This document shows, piece by piece, positions 38,662-52,001 of a stretch of 64,000 nucleotides of DNA. The position numbers were made by a program, and so were the translations under genes. The stretch is from assembly GCF_009914755.1 (NCBI RefSeq), contig NC_060934.1. One strand, given 5' to 3'. This DNA is from the human T2T-CHM13v2.0 reference genome, Homo sapiens. The notes under the pieces were generated by a model. That model was not told the origin of the DNA and ran no database searches. It saw nothing but the letters and a program-made list of their open reading frames with translations. How positions within the stretch are numbered: the first letter of the stretch is position 1; the number at the start of each line of letters is the position of its first letter.

Positions 38662-40875
38662 CACACGCACTCACACCCAGTCACACACACACTCATACAT
38701 ACACACAGGCGCGCACACACACACTCATATACATACACCTATACATACACACAGGGACAGGCGCACACACACCCACTCACACATAGGCACAGGCACACAC
38801 ACACACACCTCTACACACAGGCACACTCACCTTTACTCGCACACACTTATACATATGCACAGCCACACTCACACACACACACTTACACACAGGCACACAC
38901 ACATACATACACCTATACATACAGGCACTCACACCCACTCACACACACACACATACACACAGGCACAGGCACTCACACCCACTCACACATACAGGCACAG
39001 GCACACACATGCACTTACACACAGGTACACTCACCCTCACGCACATGTATACATACTTACACACAAGCACACTCACACACTTATACACACAGCCACACTC
39101 ACACCCCTCTACATACACACAGGCATACTCGCCCTTACACACACTTATACATACACACAGGCCCACTCTCTCACACACACTCATGTATACACACAGGCAC
39201 ACCCTCACAGACATACTCATAGGCCCACTCACACACACTCATATATACGCACAGGCACTCACACCCACTCTTACACTCATACAGGCACACACACACACCT
39301 CTACACACAGGCACACTCACCCTCACTCACACACACTTATACATACGCATAGGTCCACTCACACACACACACACACATAAGCACAGGCACACACACATAC
39401 AGACACACACAGACACGCTCACACCCACAAACACCTCTACATACACACAGGCACACTCACACCCTCATTCACACATAAATACACATATGCGGACAGCACT
39501 TATACATCCTTACACACAGGCACACTCACACATACACCCTTACACACAGGCACACTCACACTTACATGTAGGCTCACCTACACATATATACTCACAGGCA
39601 TAACCCCCACACACACATGCAGCCACCCCTCCCCCCACACACACATGCACACTCACCCCCACACTCACACATGCATGCACATTCACCCCCCACACACGCA
39701 TGCCCACACTCACACACATGCATGCACACTCACCCTCATGCTCACACACACTCGCACACTCACCCTCATGCTCACACACCCTCGCACACTCACCCCACTC
39801 ACACACTCGCACACTCACCCCACTCACACACATGCACACTCACCCCACTCACACACATGCACACTCACCCCACACACATGCACACTCACCCCCCACACTC
39901 ACATGCACATTCACCCCATGCTCACATGCATGCACACTCACCCCCACGCTCACACACAAAAACACCTCCACACTCACAAACATGCATGCACACTCACCCA
40001 CACACATGCACACTCACCCACATGCTCACATACATGCACTCACCCCCACACTCACATACACACTCACCCCCCACTCACCCCATGCTCACATACATTCACA
40101 CTTACCCCCATGCTCACACATGCATGCACACTCACCCCCACATTCACACATGCATGCACACTCACCCCCACACTCACTCACCTCCATGCTCACACACATG
40201 TACACTCACCCCCACACATGCATGCACACTCACCTCCACACACACGCATGCACACCCCTGCACTCACACACCCATGCTCACACATGCACACTCATCCCCA
40301 TGCTCACACACATGCATGCACTCACCCCACACATGCATGCACTTACCCCCATGCTCACACACGCATGCACACTCACCCCCATGCTCACACACATGCACAC
40401 TCACCCCCACACTCACATACATGCACACTCACCCCCATGCTCACATATGCACACTTACCCCCACACTCACAATGCATGCACACTCACCCCCACTCACAAT
40501 GCCTGCACTCACCCCCACACACATGCATGTACACTCACCCCCACTTTCACACACATGCATGCACACTCACCCCCACACTCACACACATGAATGCACACTC
40601 ACCCCCACGCTCACACACATGCACGCTCACCCCCACACTCACACACATGCATGCACACTTGTACACTCACCCCACTCACACACATGCATATACACTCACC
40701 TCTTGCTCACACACACATGCATGCACACACACACCCCCATGCGTACACACACATGCACTCACCCCCACGCTCACATACATATGCATGCATACCCCCCATG
40801 CTCTCACACACACATGCACACTCACTTCCACGGTCACACACACGCATGATCATATGCATCCACACATCCACATAT
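38662..40875 (+). repeat. Large degenerate CA-rich tandem array (about 2.2 kb) with two sub-domains
   Basis: 38662-39600 is built on 'cacacaggcacactcac'; 39600-40875 on 'cacacatgcatgcacactcacccc'. Confidence 0.97.
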
Positions 40876-43148
40876 GATGTCCTCATGCACAGTGGCAAGG
40901 AGTCTTTCTCCCAGAGCAACCCTTGTTGGGGGCCTGCACCAACACCACTGTTACAGCCTGGAATGGTGTCCAGAGACCCCCACCAGGGCCCATCCCCCGA
41001 GCAGCCAGGCCACTGCCCGGAAGGCCAGCCGCAGGTCAGCCCTGTGGAATGCAGAGCTCTCAGACCTACGCGGTCACTTGGCCATGACCAGTGTCTGGCT
41101 CTTTGCCTCTCTTTGTTCTCTTCTTAGGTTTTAACTTTCCAGAGTGATCCTAAAGGGCCAGTTACTCTGCTTTTAGGGGGCCTGGGTGGTCAGGAGGCAG
41201 ATCAGAAGAGGAAGGCAAGCGTGCAGGTGCCCCGCTGGCCCTGCGAGGGCACAGCTCTGGTGCTGCCCTCATGCCTGGGGTGGGTGGGCACCTCAGGAAG
41301 CCCGGGAATCCAGCGGCCAGGCCTGGCATCCTCACCCCCAGCCCTGTCACCTTTGCCCCAGTTTTCTCGCCTCCAACTTGGACGTTTTAGAGCAGCTGAG
41401 TTTCATCTCAGGGAAGCCCTGCTCCCTTGGCACAAGCCTCGTTTGTTTCCTGCGGGATTTTTGATATGGGTTAGAAACCAAACTTCCTACTCAGCAGTGT
41501 GAAAGCCTTGATGGCCGGAGTAGACGTCTGGTCAACAATTTTATTTCCGTATGAGAAGAAAAAGCTGGAGCCAGGATTTAAATCCCTCGGTCCCTGGGTA
41601 TCAGCTCTGTGGGACCAATTCACAGACTCCCGGAGGGTTTAGCCGATCCAAGCTGCAGGGGGTTCGGGTGGAGCCCCCTTTATTAAAAAGTGCAGCCCCT
41701 GGTGATGTGCACCCACATTCCTTCGAGAGTCAGTTACGCATCTTACAGCAGAGGAAATGAGGGACAACATGGCAGCCCCAGTGGCACCGGCTGCAGAAGC
41801 CCAGGGAGGCTCACAGCCAGCCTGTCTGCTGGCCCCGCCTCCTCCCAGGCACCGGCTGGGTTCCATCCAGGCAGGAGCGGTGGCCTTTTGGCTCAGGGTT
41901 TCCTGCCTCGGACGGCTGCATCCTTGGACCCTGATGGCCAAAGCACACATTCCCCTCAGCCCTGTGTGACCAGCCACACTCTTCCTGGGGTCCAGCTGCA
42001 GCTGAGAGCCCAGGTGTGGGACCTACCCAGTGGTATCCTAATTAGCTCAGGTGTGACCCATAAGAGGGACAGTGATAACCGGGCACACAGAATGGGGAAG
42101 GACCCAGATCTCCTCGTCATTGTAAGAGTGGGCATCTGCTGAGCGCCCCCATGTGACAAGACTGTACCAAGCATTTGGGGTGCATTTAGGCCTCCCCACC
42201 AGCTCATGAGACAGGTCCTCTCCCCTGACACCCCAGCCACTGCCACGGCAACAGTCTGGTGCTCCTGACTCAGAAGTGCTAATAAAGAGCTTCCTAGTGT
42301 CGATGGCAGCTCAGCCCAGGTACAGTCCACCCAGGATACTCCTCCAGGGCCTACAGTGTCCAATTCTCCAACCCAGGAGACCCAGGCGGCGGGAAGAAGG
42401 GGCTGGACAACCACATCATCTCCAGCTCTGCATTTGAGATGCATTTTCCTCAAATGCTGCTGCAAGCTACATTCTTCTCTCGACCCAAGAGAAATTATAG
42501 ACCTTCCTGACATTCCACAGTTGTGAACACTATTTTTAAAATAGAGCCAGCCTCCCGGTTATGGCTCAAATATGACATGCAGCAGGGGCGCTCTGCACTG
42601 CTTTACATGCAAGCTGTGAGAAAGGACAGCCCCAAGTGTCATCCTTCCCAGAGTGAAGAAAGAGCCTCCATGGAGGCCACCCTCAGTCACTAGGGGCCGA
42701 AGCATGTCTGCAGTTGAGGGGGTCAAGGAACATGCCCCAGATCTCACAGGCTGGGGCTGTCTGGTGTTCCAACTGGATCAGCAGCCCTGAGCTCCAGCCT
42801 GTGGGGCAGGGCCACCTGCACGGTCCAGATGGACAGGGTCAGGGATCCTGTGGTTAAAATCCTTCTCCTTAATAACACCCAAGGGAGTTATTTCACCAGA
42901 CCCTTATAGAGCCTGCAAAAGAATTAGTTACAAATAGCAACATCATCAATGACAGTAGTAAGGAAGAGAAGCATTTGTTAGTATGTGATAGAGGCAAGGT
43001 AGAGCTATAGACCCATGTAATGTGCATTATTTAGTTTGGTGCTCACAACAACTAGCAGGCATGCTATAATCCCCATTTTCAGGTAAGACTATGAGGATGA
43101 GACAGGTGGGATGGGTGAGGTGACTGTTCACAGCACAGGTTGGAGTAG

Positions 43149-43507
43149 TGTATTAGTCCATTTTCACGCTGCTGATAAAGACATACCTGAGACTGGGCAA
43201 TTTACAAAAGAAAGAGGTTTAATGGACTTACAGTTCCACATGGCTGGGGAGGCCTCACAATCATGGCAGAAGGCAAGGAGGAGCAAGTCACATCTTACAT
43301 GGATGGCAGCAGGCAAAAAGAGAGTTTGTGCAGGAAAACTCCTGTTTTTAAAACCATCAGATCTCATTTGCTATCATGAGAACAGCACAGGAAAGACCCA
43401 CCCCATAATTCAATCACCTCTCTCTGGGTTCCTCCCATGACACATGGGAATTGCGGGAGTTCCAATTCAAGATGAGATTTGGGTGGGGACGAAGCCAAAC
43501 CATATCA
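43149..43507 (-). mobile_element. THE1A/B MaLR solo LTR inserted in a MIR
   Basis: 'tgtattagtccattttcacgctgctgataaagacatacctgagactggg'...'ccaaaccatatca'. Perfect TSD AGTAG (43144-43148, 43508-43512). Confidence 0.95.
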
Positions 43508-43852
43508 AGTAGGAGGTGGAGCTGGCAAGCCTGAATCACTGCAAAGCCACCTGGTGACCACCCAGGTAGACTTGGAGCATGACGCCATGTTCCTCCTCAC
43601 CCACCCCAGTGCATATGAACATGCAGTGAGCTTCTGATGTGGGCACCCAGCCCTGTGCTGCACTCTTCTGTGCCCCATGCTTCCTGCATCAAAGTCATAA
43701 TTGCCTGGCATTAGGGTTTTTACAAGAATTTCGAAGAATTCTCAGTGTCTGCACTTAGACAAGGTTCGAACTTTCTCTGGGGCCTCCATTCTCGGTTTCT
43801 GTAGATCTGGTTCTCTTGGTTCTGTTCTGGCTACTGCACAGAAGTGTGTACA

Positions 43853-43993
43853 GCTGCGTGGTAGGAGGGGCCATCCCTATGGCTGCGTGGTAGGAGGGGC
43901 CAGCCCTATGGCTGCGTGGTAGGAGGGGCCAGCCCTATGGCTGCGTGGTAGGAGGGGCCAGCCCTATGGCTGCGTGGTAGGAGGGGCCAGCCC
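43853..43993 (+). repeat. 29-bp minisatellite/VNTR, about 4.9 near-identical copies
   Basis: gctgcgtggtaggaggggccagccctatg at 43853, 43882, 43911, 43940 and 43969. One substitution in copy 1. Confidence 0.97.
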
Positions 43994-45251
43994 CATTGCT
44001 TATTCTGGGAGGTGTTGCTCTCAGGTTCCCTTCATTTCTTCTGGGGTGACAATTTGGTTGCCCCACCTGGCTTTCTGACAGGACGTGAATAACATCCTTA
44101 GAAAGTCACCCTTTGCACAGACTCCATTGCTTTCTGAGACATCACACAGATCCTGCCCCTGGTAGCTGGGTTTAACCACAGTCCTCTCTTTCCATGAGGC
44201 TTGTAGGTCTACATGGGAGAAAGGAACCACCTTAGCTTTCCAGGATCTTGCCTTCTATTTGGGGAACAGCCCTACAACCCTTTAACCTTCTAGAAGCCAC
44301 CCCTGGGCACCTGGTGAAAGACATTTTCAGTAAACCTGATGACATTTAAGCCAGCAGGTTCTTGGCAAGCTAAGACACCCCTCCTGGAAGAAGAATGCTG
44401 ACAGTGTCTCAGTCTCTCAGGCAGGGAAGCCCCGTTGGGGACACTTTATGGAAATGAAGCCCACCTTTAAATGAGGCTAGGAGGTAACTCAATAGCCCTG
44501 AAATGCTCTTTTCTCCAGGAGAAAATGCAATTAGGCAGATTTTGATTACATATGAAATTCTAAAATGGTCCTGCAGCTTTTTTCCCTCTTCCTTTAATAT
44601 ATAAGCAAATGAGGGCTCCGTGCACCTGGCAGCAGAACAGGAAGAAGCCCCAGCATCTTAACGTGGTCCAGCCCCTACGAAGGTCAACGCTGAGAGGGAG
44701 TGAGAATCAGGATTCTGATGGCGTCTGCCAGTCAGTTTCCAAATTTCAATCTGGAAACAGTTGACCTTGAAGTGCTTTCAGGAATAAGGAAGTACCAAAA
44801 CCCAGGAGGAGATGCCTGTCATTGAGTGGGCTTGATTTCCATTTAAAAGGCCGCTATTGGCATCAGAACGGGAGAAAGGAGATGGCAATGTATATATGCA
44901 AAGACCCCAAAACCAGCACAGCTTTCCTCACTCAGCACCCACTTCCACCACGTGCAGGTTGCCTTCAGCCGTTGTCCCAGCCCCAGTGGGAGGGCAGGGC
45001 CAACTCAGTCCCCAGCACTGCACTGTGAGTGTTCTCAATGCACTCGTACCCTGGGGATTTGTCGTTGGAAGAAATAAAGAGAGCCTCTGATTGAGAAGGT
45101 GTTGTGCCTGACTCCTTCCCTACAAACACCCACAGCACATCACAGACACAGGACCTGAAGCATGAGGGACTCTGTAAAGTCCTGCACCCAAGAAGCCTGC
45201 TGGACACAGAACTCAAGCTCAAGCCCATTGCTGCAAAGCCTCTGTTCTTCC

Positions 45252-45530
45252 CAGCGGTCCCCAACCTTTTTGGCACCAGGGGCCAGTTTCGCGGAATACA
45301 ATTTGTCCACGGACCACGGGTGAGGAGGGGATCGTTTCGTCGGAGATTGGATTCTCATAAGGAGTGCACAGCCTAGATCCCTCGCATGCACAGTTCACGA
45401 TAGAGTTCATGTTCCTATGAGAACCCAATGCTGCGGTAGATCTGACAGGGGGCGGAGCTCAGGCAGTGATGTTAGCTTGCCACTCACCTCCTCCTGTGCG
45501 GCCCGTTCCCAACGGGGTTGGGTACCTCTG
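45252..45530 (+). mobile_element. MER1B (hAT-Charlie)
   Basis: TIRs 'cagcggtccccaacc' / 'ggttgggtacctctg'. Internal 'gattctcataaggagtgcacagcctagatccctcgcatgc'. Confidence 0.9.
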
Positions 45531-48144
45531 CTCTACACATCACCAGAAAAGAAGAGTGCAGAGTGTAACAAAGGGATGACTCACTGATGGTGGATGTTAG
45601 ACACTGCGGCACTGGGTACAAACAGGCTAGGAGGTAGTAGGTCAACCTTGGTTTCCTCAATTCAGCCCAGCCGAATCCAGCATGTCCTTGGGGCCAGGAT
45701 GCTCAGCCCCAGGCTGTCTCCTCTGAGGCACGTGCTGGAAGGAGAACGACCCCAGCCTCGAAGAACCGGTGGTCTCTCAGGAAAGGGAGGAATGCAACTC
45801 ACGTTCAAAATGAGCAGCTGAACAGCTTTGCAGTTTGCGAAGCAGACTCATCCCACTAAATTCTTACAAGAACGTTAAGAAAGGACAGCTGTGCCCAGTT
45901 TGCAGATGAGAAAACAAATGCACAGAGGAAACTCTAGTTTGATCTAAAAGACTTCATCTGCTTCACCTGCTATGGCACACCCAAAACCAGTTTTTGTTTT
46001 GGTTTTTACTAAAATTATCTCCAATACCACTTCCAACTTCATCCAGTGATTTATATTTCCAAATGCATATTTTAATGTTTACAAGACTGGCTGATTTTAA
46101 CTCCAAAGAATTCAGCCCCAAACATCAAAAACAGTGTTTTCATAATACAGAAGGAGGGGATGGAAGAGACTGGCTTACATTTTAAACGTTTTTTGTGGGG
46201 TTTTTTTGTTTTTTTTTTTTTGTTTTTATTTCTGCAGCCAAGCAAAAGTTGAAGGAACCAGTTAACATATTGATTGCTTTGAGCACTATTTCAAATTAGT
46301 TTTCCGTTCTCCTCCATATGCTTTTCCATTACATTTAAATAAATTAAAGTTCACTTCTCTGGAAGAGACATGCTGGGCCTCCTCGGATTTCTCAGATGGG
46401 TCCACGCTGTCAGAAATTCATCAGCAACACGTGCTGTTGGGCACGGGATGGGCCGATGCAGGAGCTTCTTGCTCTTTTTCCCCCTGCGTTTTTTGTGGGA
46501 ACAGCACTGCCACCCTGGGGACCAGCCCAGGCTGCCGCCTCCACCCGCTGACCCAGAGAGGGGCTCAGGTCCTGCTTGTGGCCACAGAGGACTGCTGGTT
46601 TCATCTGCTCCCTGTCACCAAGATGCCCAGCTGGCTTTGGTTGGGCAGCCTGTGGCTCCTTCCCTGATCCCACCCCAAGCGTGTGGCAGCCACTCCCTCG
46701 CCCCCATGAATCTGCACGATGAGATGACTTATAAAAGTTAAGAAGTAGTGAGTAGTTCTTGCAGTCCTCAGGACTCTTGCGTTGCAGGTCAGAAACCCAT
46801 CTTGGACAAACTCCATAGAATTGCCTCACTAAGACCAGGGCAGAGTGGGCTTCCGGCTTGAGTGTATCCAAGGATTCACTGGGGTCTGTCTGTCCTGGGT
46901 CTCCCTCTCTCCCTAGTGCAGATGGGCATGGGGCCAGGGCCCCCTCTGTGGGTCCTCTGATTTGCTCACCAACGGGGCTCTACCGGCTTGGTATGAGACA
47001 AAGGCCATATTGCCCCAGGGTCCCCAGTGTGCCCTGAACAGAGCAGACTCTCCAACCCTCTTCTTTAACTGAAGGCCCTGGAACATGAAAACAACCACCG
47101 ACCACCCCTGTTGACCCCAGGATCCTGGGGTGAGAACTTAAACCAAGTCAATAACAGCAGGTGACACTGCCAGATCCTTTAAGATAGACTGGTGAGGGGG
47201 TCCCCAAATGGGGTCTGACAAGGAGCAGCAACAGTGGAGCCTGAGAGAAAGTCACCAGAAGTGAAGGAGTTGACCAGCTGGCCAGACAGAGAAGGTGGTC
47301 CAGATAGGAGGATGCAGAATGAGGCTGACTGGGCCACGCCTTGACACGGTATTTACTCCCTCCCAGCCTCCCACAGCAGTACCTATGAACTCTGGAGAGA
47401 AGAGGCTGCAGTAGAGAGGGGTGAGTGCTTCCCTAGGAGCCAACAGCCTTGCTAGGGAACCTGTGCCCAGTCCCTGAGGTGGTATCAAGATGGGGACAGA
47501 GTGAGGAGGCAGAGGAGGAGCCGTGGCATCAAGGCAGAGGGGCTGGGCACCGGGGATCTGGGAGCGGAGTGGAAGTAGACACTCGGAGGGCTTTGGCAGT
47601 AGCCTAGGAACAGTGGAGCATGGTGGTCAGTGGGCAGCAAGAAGAGGAAGGCAGCAGTTGCTGGAAGGGAGGGTCTGCAGTGTGGAGACCCACAGCAGTG
47701 GTTCCACATGAAGACCCCACCCCACCGTGGCAACTCCCAAAAGGAATAAATGGATAGAAGAGCCTGGGAAAAACAAGCTCCCCTGCTAATCCAGGATGTG
47801 GGAACTGGAAGTGTGAGATGTGTGGTTTGCTGCAAATGTGACATATTTTCACCAGGAGGTGAATTTTTTTCAGACACTCCCAAAATAGAATTTTATGTTC
47901 ACCTGGCAATATATCTATAACTAGCATACATGATTTTTCTAAATGTGTAGATCGAATTTCTAATGTTCCATTCCTTGGATTTCTGCCTAACGGGGGTGTA
48001 CCTGTTTGGCCGATAAGAGGAGGTTCGCACCCCCTCCGGTCCCCCAAGCCCCTGCCCACTTCTAGTCCTGGAGAATTGAGAGCATTATCAGCATTCTACA
48101 GCCTCCCAGAGTCTGTTGACTCGGTGCATGGTCCACTCTGCTGC

Positions 48145-48280
48145 GGAGGGAGGGAGGGAGGGAGGGAGGGAAGGGGGAAGGAGGGAGGAAGGCAGGCAGG
48201 CAGGAGGAAGGAAGGCAGGAAGGCAAGCAGGCAGGCAGGCAGGCAGGCAGCCAGGCAGGCAGGCAGGCAGGCAGGCAGGA
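48145..48280 (+). repeat. Purine-rich microsatellite (GGGA)n/(GGCA)n
   Basis: Direct inspection. Confidence 0.95.
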
Positions 48281-48334
48281 ATTCTTTCTCCCAAATTATT
48301 TAAACCATAGCCCTAAGATGGTGACTATTTTTGT

Positions 48335-49920
48335 TTTTCTCCTTGTGGGTTTAATGGCTAAATATACTCCACTGAGTAGATATGCCACAATATAACTCTT
48401 TTCTTATTTTGGGACATTTAGGTCATTTCTGTTTCTCTATGTTTTCTTTTACTATTTATAAATAGTATGTTTAATGGGGATGGAGGGAGGGAGGGAGAAG
48501 GAAGGAAGGAAAGGAGGGAGGAGGGGAAGGGAAAGGAAGGGAAAGGAAGGGAAGAGAGGAAGCAGGGAGGGAGGGAGGGAAGGAAGGAAGGAAAGAAGGG
48601 AAGGAAGGAAGGAAAGAAGGGAGGGAAGGAAGGATGGAAGGAATTCTTTCTCCCAAATTATTTAAACCATAGCCCTAACACGGTGACTATTTTTGTCATA
48701 TAAATAGTATGTTTAATAATATGTAATAATATAAATAATGTGTTTAGTAGTAAAACATCATTTTACTATTAAAGATGATGGCGAGGATCTTAGTGCATGT
48801 GGCTTTTGCTCCCATTTGATCGTCTCCTTAGCACAGAGTTTCAGATGGGGAATAAGGAGTCAGGTTGGACAAATCTTTATGGTTCTTGCTTCATATCTCC
48901 ATTTTCCTTTCCAATCACATTATCCCTACTGAAAATGCTGCAAGTATCCTGCAAGTATCAGTGAGTTTGACCGCTTCCCCTTAGCTTCAGTGGCTCAAGA
49001 TCAAACTGTTCAAAATAACTAGTTTTTAAATTAATGCAAAATGGTATCCCAAGCTCTATCTCTTTAATTATTAGCAATTTGCTCTTCTCTCATGAATGCT
49101 TTATACAGCCTCTGCTTTGTTATTTTTGGGAGTCTGCATATTTTTATACATTTGGGTGAGCTCTTTAGACATTATACCTGCTCATTCTTTGCCAGTCATA
49201 TTTGGCAACGATGTTGTTTTCATTTTCGGTGTAAGTGTTCTCCCAGTGTGTTGGGCCTTCATTTTTTTTTCTGTTACTGTCATTATTTGAAAGTTTGTAG
49301 ACCTTCCACATTCAACTCAATCTTTGTCTTTGAAGTTGTTTCTACTGCTTGTGAGATGAGCAATTCATCCACAAATCTGATAAATATTCTATTTTCTGTT
49401 CTGCTTGTTTATCTAAAATTTAGTTTTTCATATTTAACACTTTAATCAACCTTGAGTTTATTGAGTGTATGATGTCGTGTGGATCCAACCTGGTCTTTTA
49501 TCCTAAATGACTATTCCATTATCCAACACAATTCAAAAGCACTTCCTCCTTAGGGCTTGTTTTGGAGAGTGGACTTGACCATGTGTTGATCTGCTTCATA
49601 CCCAGGCCTGTTTCTGGATTCCCTGGGCTGTCTTGTGGTGTCTTTGTGCAGGAGCCAGCTCTGAGCTCTCAATAGCTTTGCTTTATCATCTGCTCTTGGG
49701 TGCGGCTCAGCCCACACCACTGTCCCTCTCTACCCCTCACTTTGTTGCTCTTAATTTCAATAACATTCTTTGAAAGTTTTGGCTGTTTCTTTGTTTCACA
49801 CAAGACTTCAAAGCACATTGATTTTAAAACGCCTTTAGGGGACTTTGATTGTAATTGTATTTATAATCCATACATGAACTTGAGGGAGGATAGACAACTA
49901 TTCAATATTTTATCTTGCTG
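48335..49920 (-). mobile_element. Ancient L1M remnants
   Basis: Antisense L1 motifs 'gatatgccacaat...ggacatttaggtcatttc', 'tttgattgtaattgtatttataatccatacatgaacttgagggagga'. Confidence 0.7.
48476..48642 (+). repeat. Purine-rich microsatellite (GGGA)n/(GGAA)n
   Basis: Direct inspection. Confidence 0.95.
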
Positions 49921-50756
49921 ACCAAGAACGTAGTCTAATAAACTCCACAGTCTAATAAACTCCCTTTTAAAATTAGCTTGAATAATTCAGTTTGAGGGGC
50001 TGTGTTCTAGTCCCAGCTGTCCTCTGTCTAGTGGAGGAATTTCAGACAAATTTTCCTTTTCCTCGGCCTGACCGTGAGGGGATTGAGCAGGTTTATTGCT
50101 TAGGAAAACAGCAAATACTTGTTTTTCTCTTATACCCCATGCTCCTCGGGGTCACCCAAAGGTTGTCTTCTTTCTTGTCCTCCAGGACACTTTTGGTTCA
50201 TTGTCCTCCTTCCCTCTAGGGAAGAGCTCTCTGCTCACCTTCACCGTTGGTCACATCCCCTCTGTCACTTAAGACCTCTGCACCTGCCACCACCTGCCTC
50301 ACACCCAAATGCAGCCATCACCCTAAACAACTGGGCCCACATGGATAGCGCAGGGGATGGCCTGCCTCCTCCTTCCTTAATCCTCTTGCCTCCAAGGACT
50401 TTAATCTCGGCTCCACCTCAGCCCCCTCCTGTCATCACAAATCTGAAACTGCATTGCCTCTAAATCAACAAATTCACACCATCTCCATCTCTTCAGCCTG
50501 AAGGCTGATGTGACCTCGCTGTGACTGCACTGCCTGGCTGAGACCCCTGTCACTGTCTCACTCCCCAAGGCTCCCCACCATATTCACTTTCCCCTTGCCC
50601 AAGTTATGTTGAATCTACCACCATTACTATCTGCTACTCACTGCCGTGATGCAACTAGAGCCCCTGGGCCGTCCCGGTGTCTGCCCCACTGACCGCGTCT
50701 CATCGTGAGCCCCTCCAACCACGATCATAGTGTCCCATCCTGGGGCCCTTCCTTCA

Positions 50757-51127
50757 TGCTATGAATTGAATTGTGTCTCCTCTGAACTGCATAGGTTGTT
50801 GAAGTTCTAACCCACACTGTGATTATAATTGGAGATAGGGCTTTAGGAGGTAATTAAGACTAAGCAAAGTCATAAGGGTGGGGTTCTCATCGATGAGATT
50901 AGTGACCTTGTAAGAAAAACAGGAAGATTTCTCTCCTCTCTCTCTGGATGTGAGGACATAGGGAGTTGGTGGCTGTCTGCAAGCCGGGAGGAGGGCCCTT
51001 GCCAAGAACCAAATTGCCCTGCACCTTAATCTTGGACTTCTAGCCTCCAGAAGTGTGAGAAATAAATGTCTGTTTAAGCCACCAGGTCTATGATTCTTCA
51101 TTATGGAAACTCGATCAGACTAAGACA
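50757..51127 (+). mobile_element. MLT1A-type MaLR LTR
   Basis: 'tgctatgaattgaattgtgtc'...'gcctccagaagtgtgagaaataaatgtctgtttaagcc...gactaagaca'. Confidence 0.85.
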
Positions 51128-51236
51128 TTCCATTTAAAAATCTATTAAAAATAATATTTTACAATTGTACTGATATAAAGACAAATATATTAATATTATA
51201 TATTAAAACATTTTCTTCACCTTAAAAATTTATTTA

Positions 51237-51584
<348 letters not shown>

Positions 51585-51659
51585 TCATGGGTCCTAAAAG
51601 GTATCTTGGGTCCTGGGCATTGTGCCTCTCAAGTCCGATGGGTAAATCAGTATCACCTC

Positions 51660-52001
51660 GAGCTCTCGGCCTAAGGACTTTCCCAGCGGCAGCAGCGTAC
51701 TCAGCCAGAGGCTGCAATGCAGTGCCAGGCAGTTCGTGCCCTCAAGAGCAGTCCTCAGCCGAGAACACTAGGAGTTGGGGGACGGATCAGCCCCGCTTCC
51801 CTGCCTTGTGGGTAGCACCGCTCTAACGCAGGCCTGAGCTCCCACCGCCCACTGTGGCCTTCCCTTGGCTACACAGGCCCACCTTGGCTTCCCTGCCTTC
51901 CTCCCACCCACACCTGTGCCTCATGGTAAACAGATCGCTGGCATTACTTGCACTCAAATCTTTGTCTTAGGGTCTGCTTTTGGCAAACCAAACCTAAAAC
52001 A
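51660..52001 (+). mobile_element. LTR16A-like ERVL LTR fragment
   Basis: 3' end 'tacttgcactcaaatctttgtcttagggtctgcttttggcaaaccaaacctaaaaca'. Confidence 0.65.

Noticed and set aside
38489-41127. Multiple 180-410 aa His/Thr-rich ORFs
   Set aside because: Same low-complexity artefact; all three + frames are open across much of the CA tract.
42664-42677. Perfect 14-bp palindrome GCCTCCATGGAGGC
   Set aside because: A few palindromes of this length are expected by chance in 64 kb; no supporting context.
43240-43252. PRDM9 hotspot motif position in the THE1 LTR
   Set aside because: Reads CCTCCCCAGCCAT on the minus strand, two mismatches from the hot CCTCCCTNNCCAC version.
44598-44605. TATA-like TATATAAG
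   Set aside because: Isolated motif with no supporting promoter features or downstream exon evidence.
48076-48703. Arg/Gly/Glu-rich ORFs
   Set aside because: Translations of GGGA/GGCA/GGAA microsatellites.
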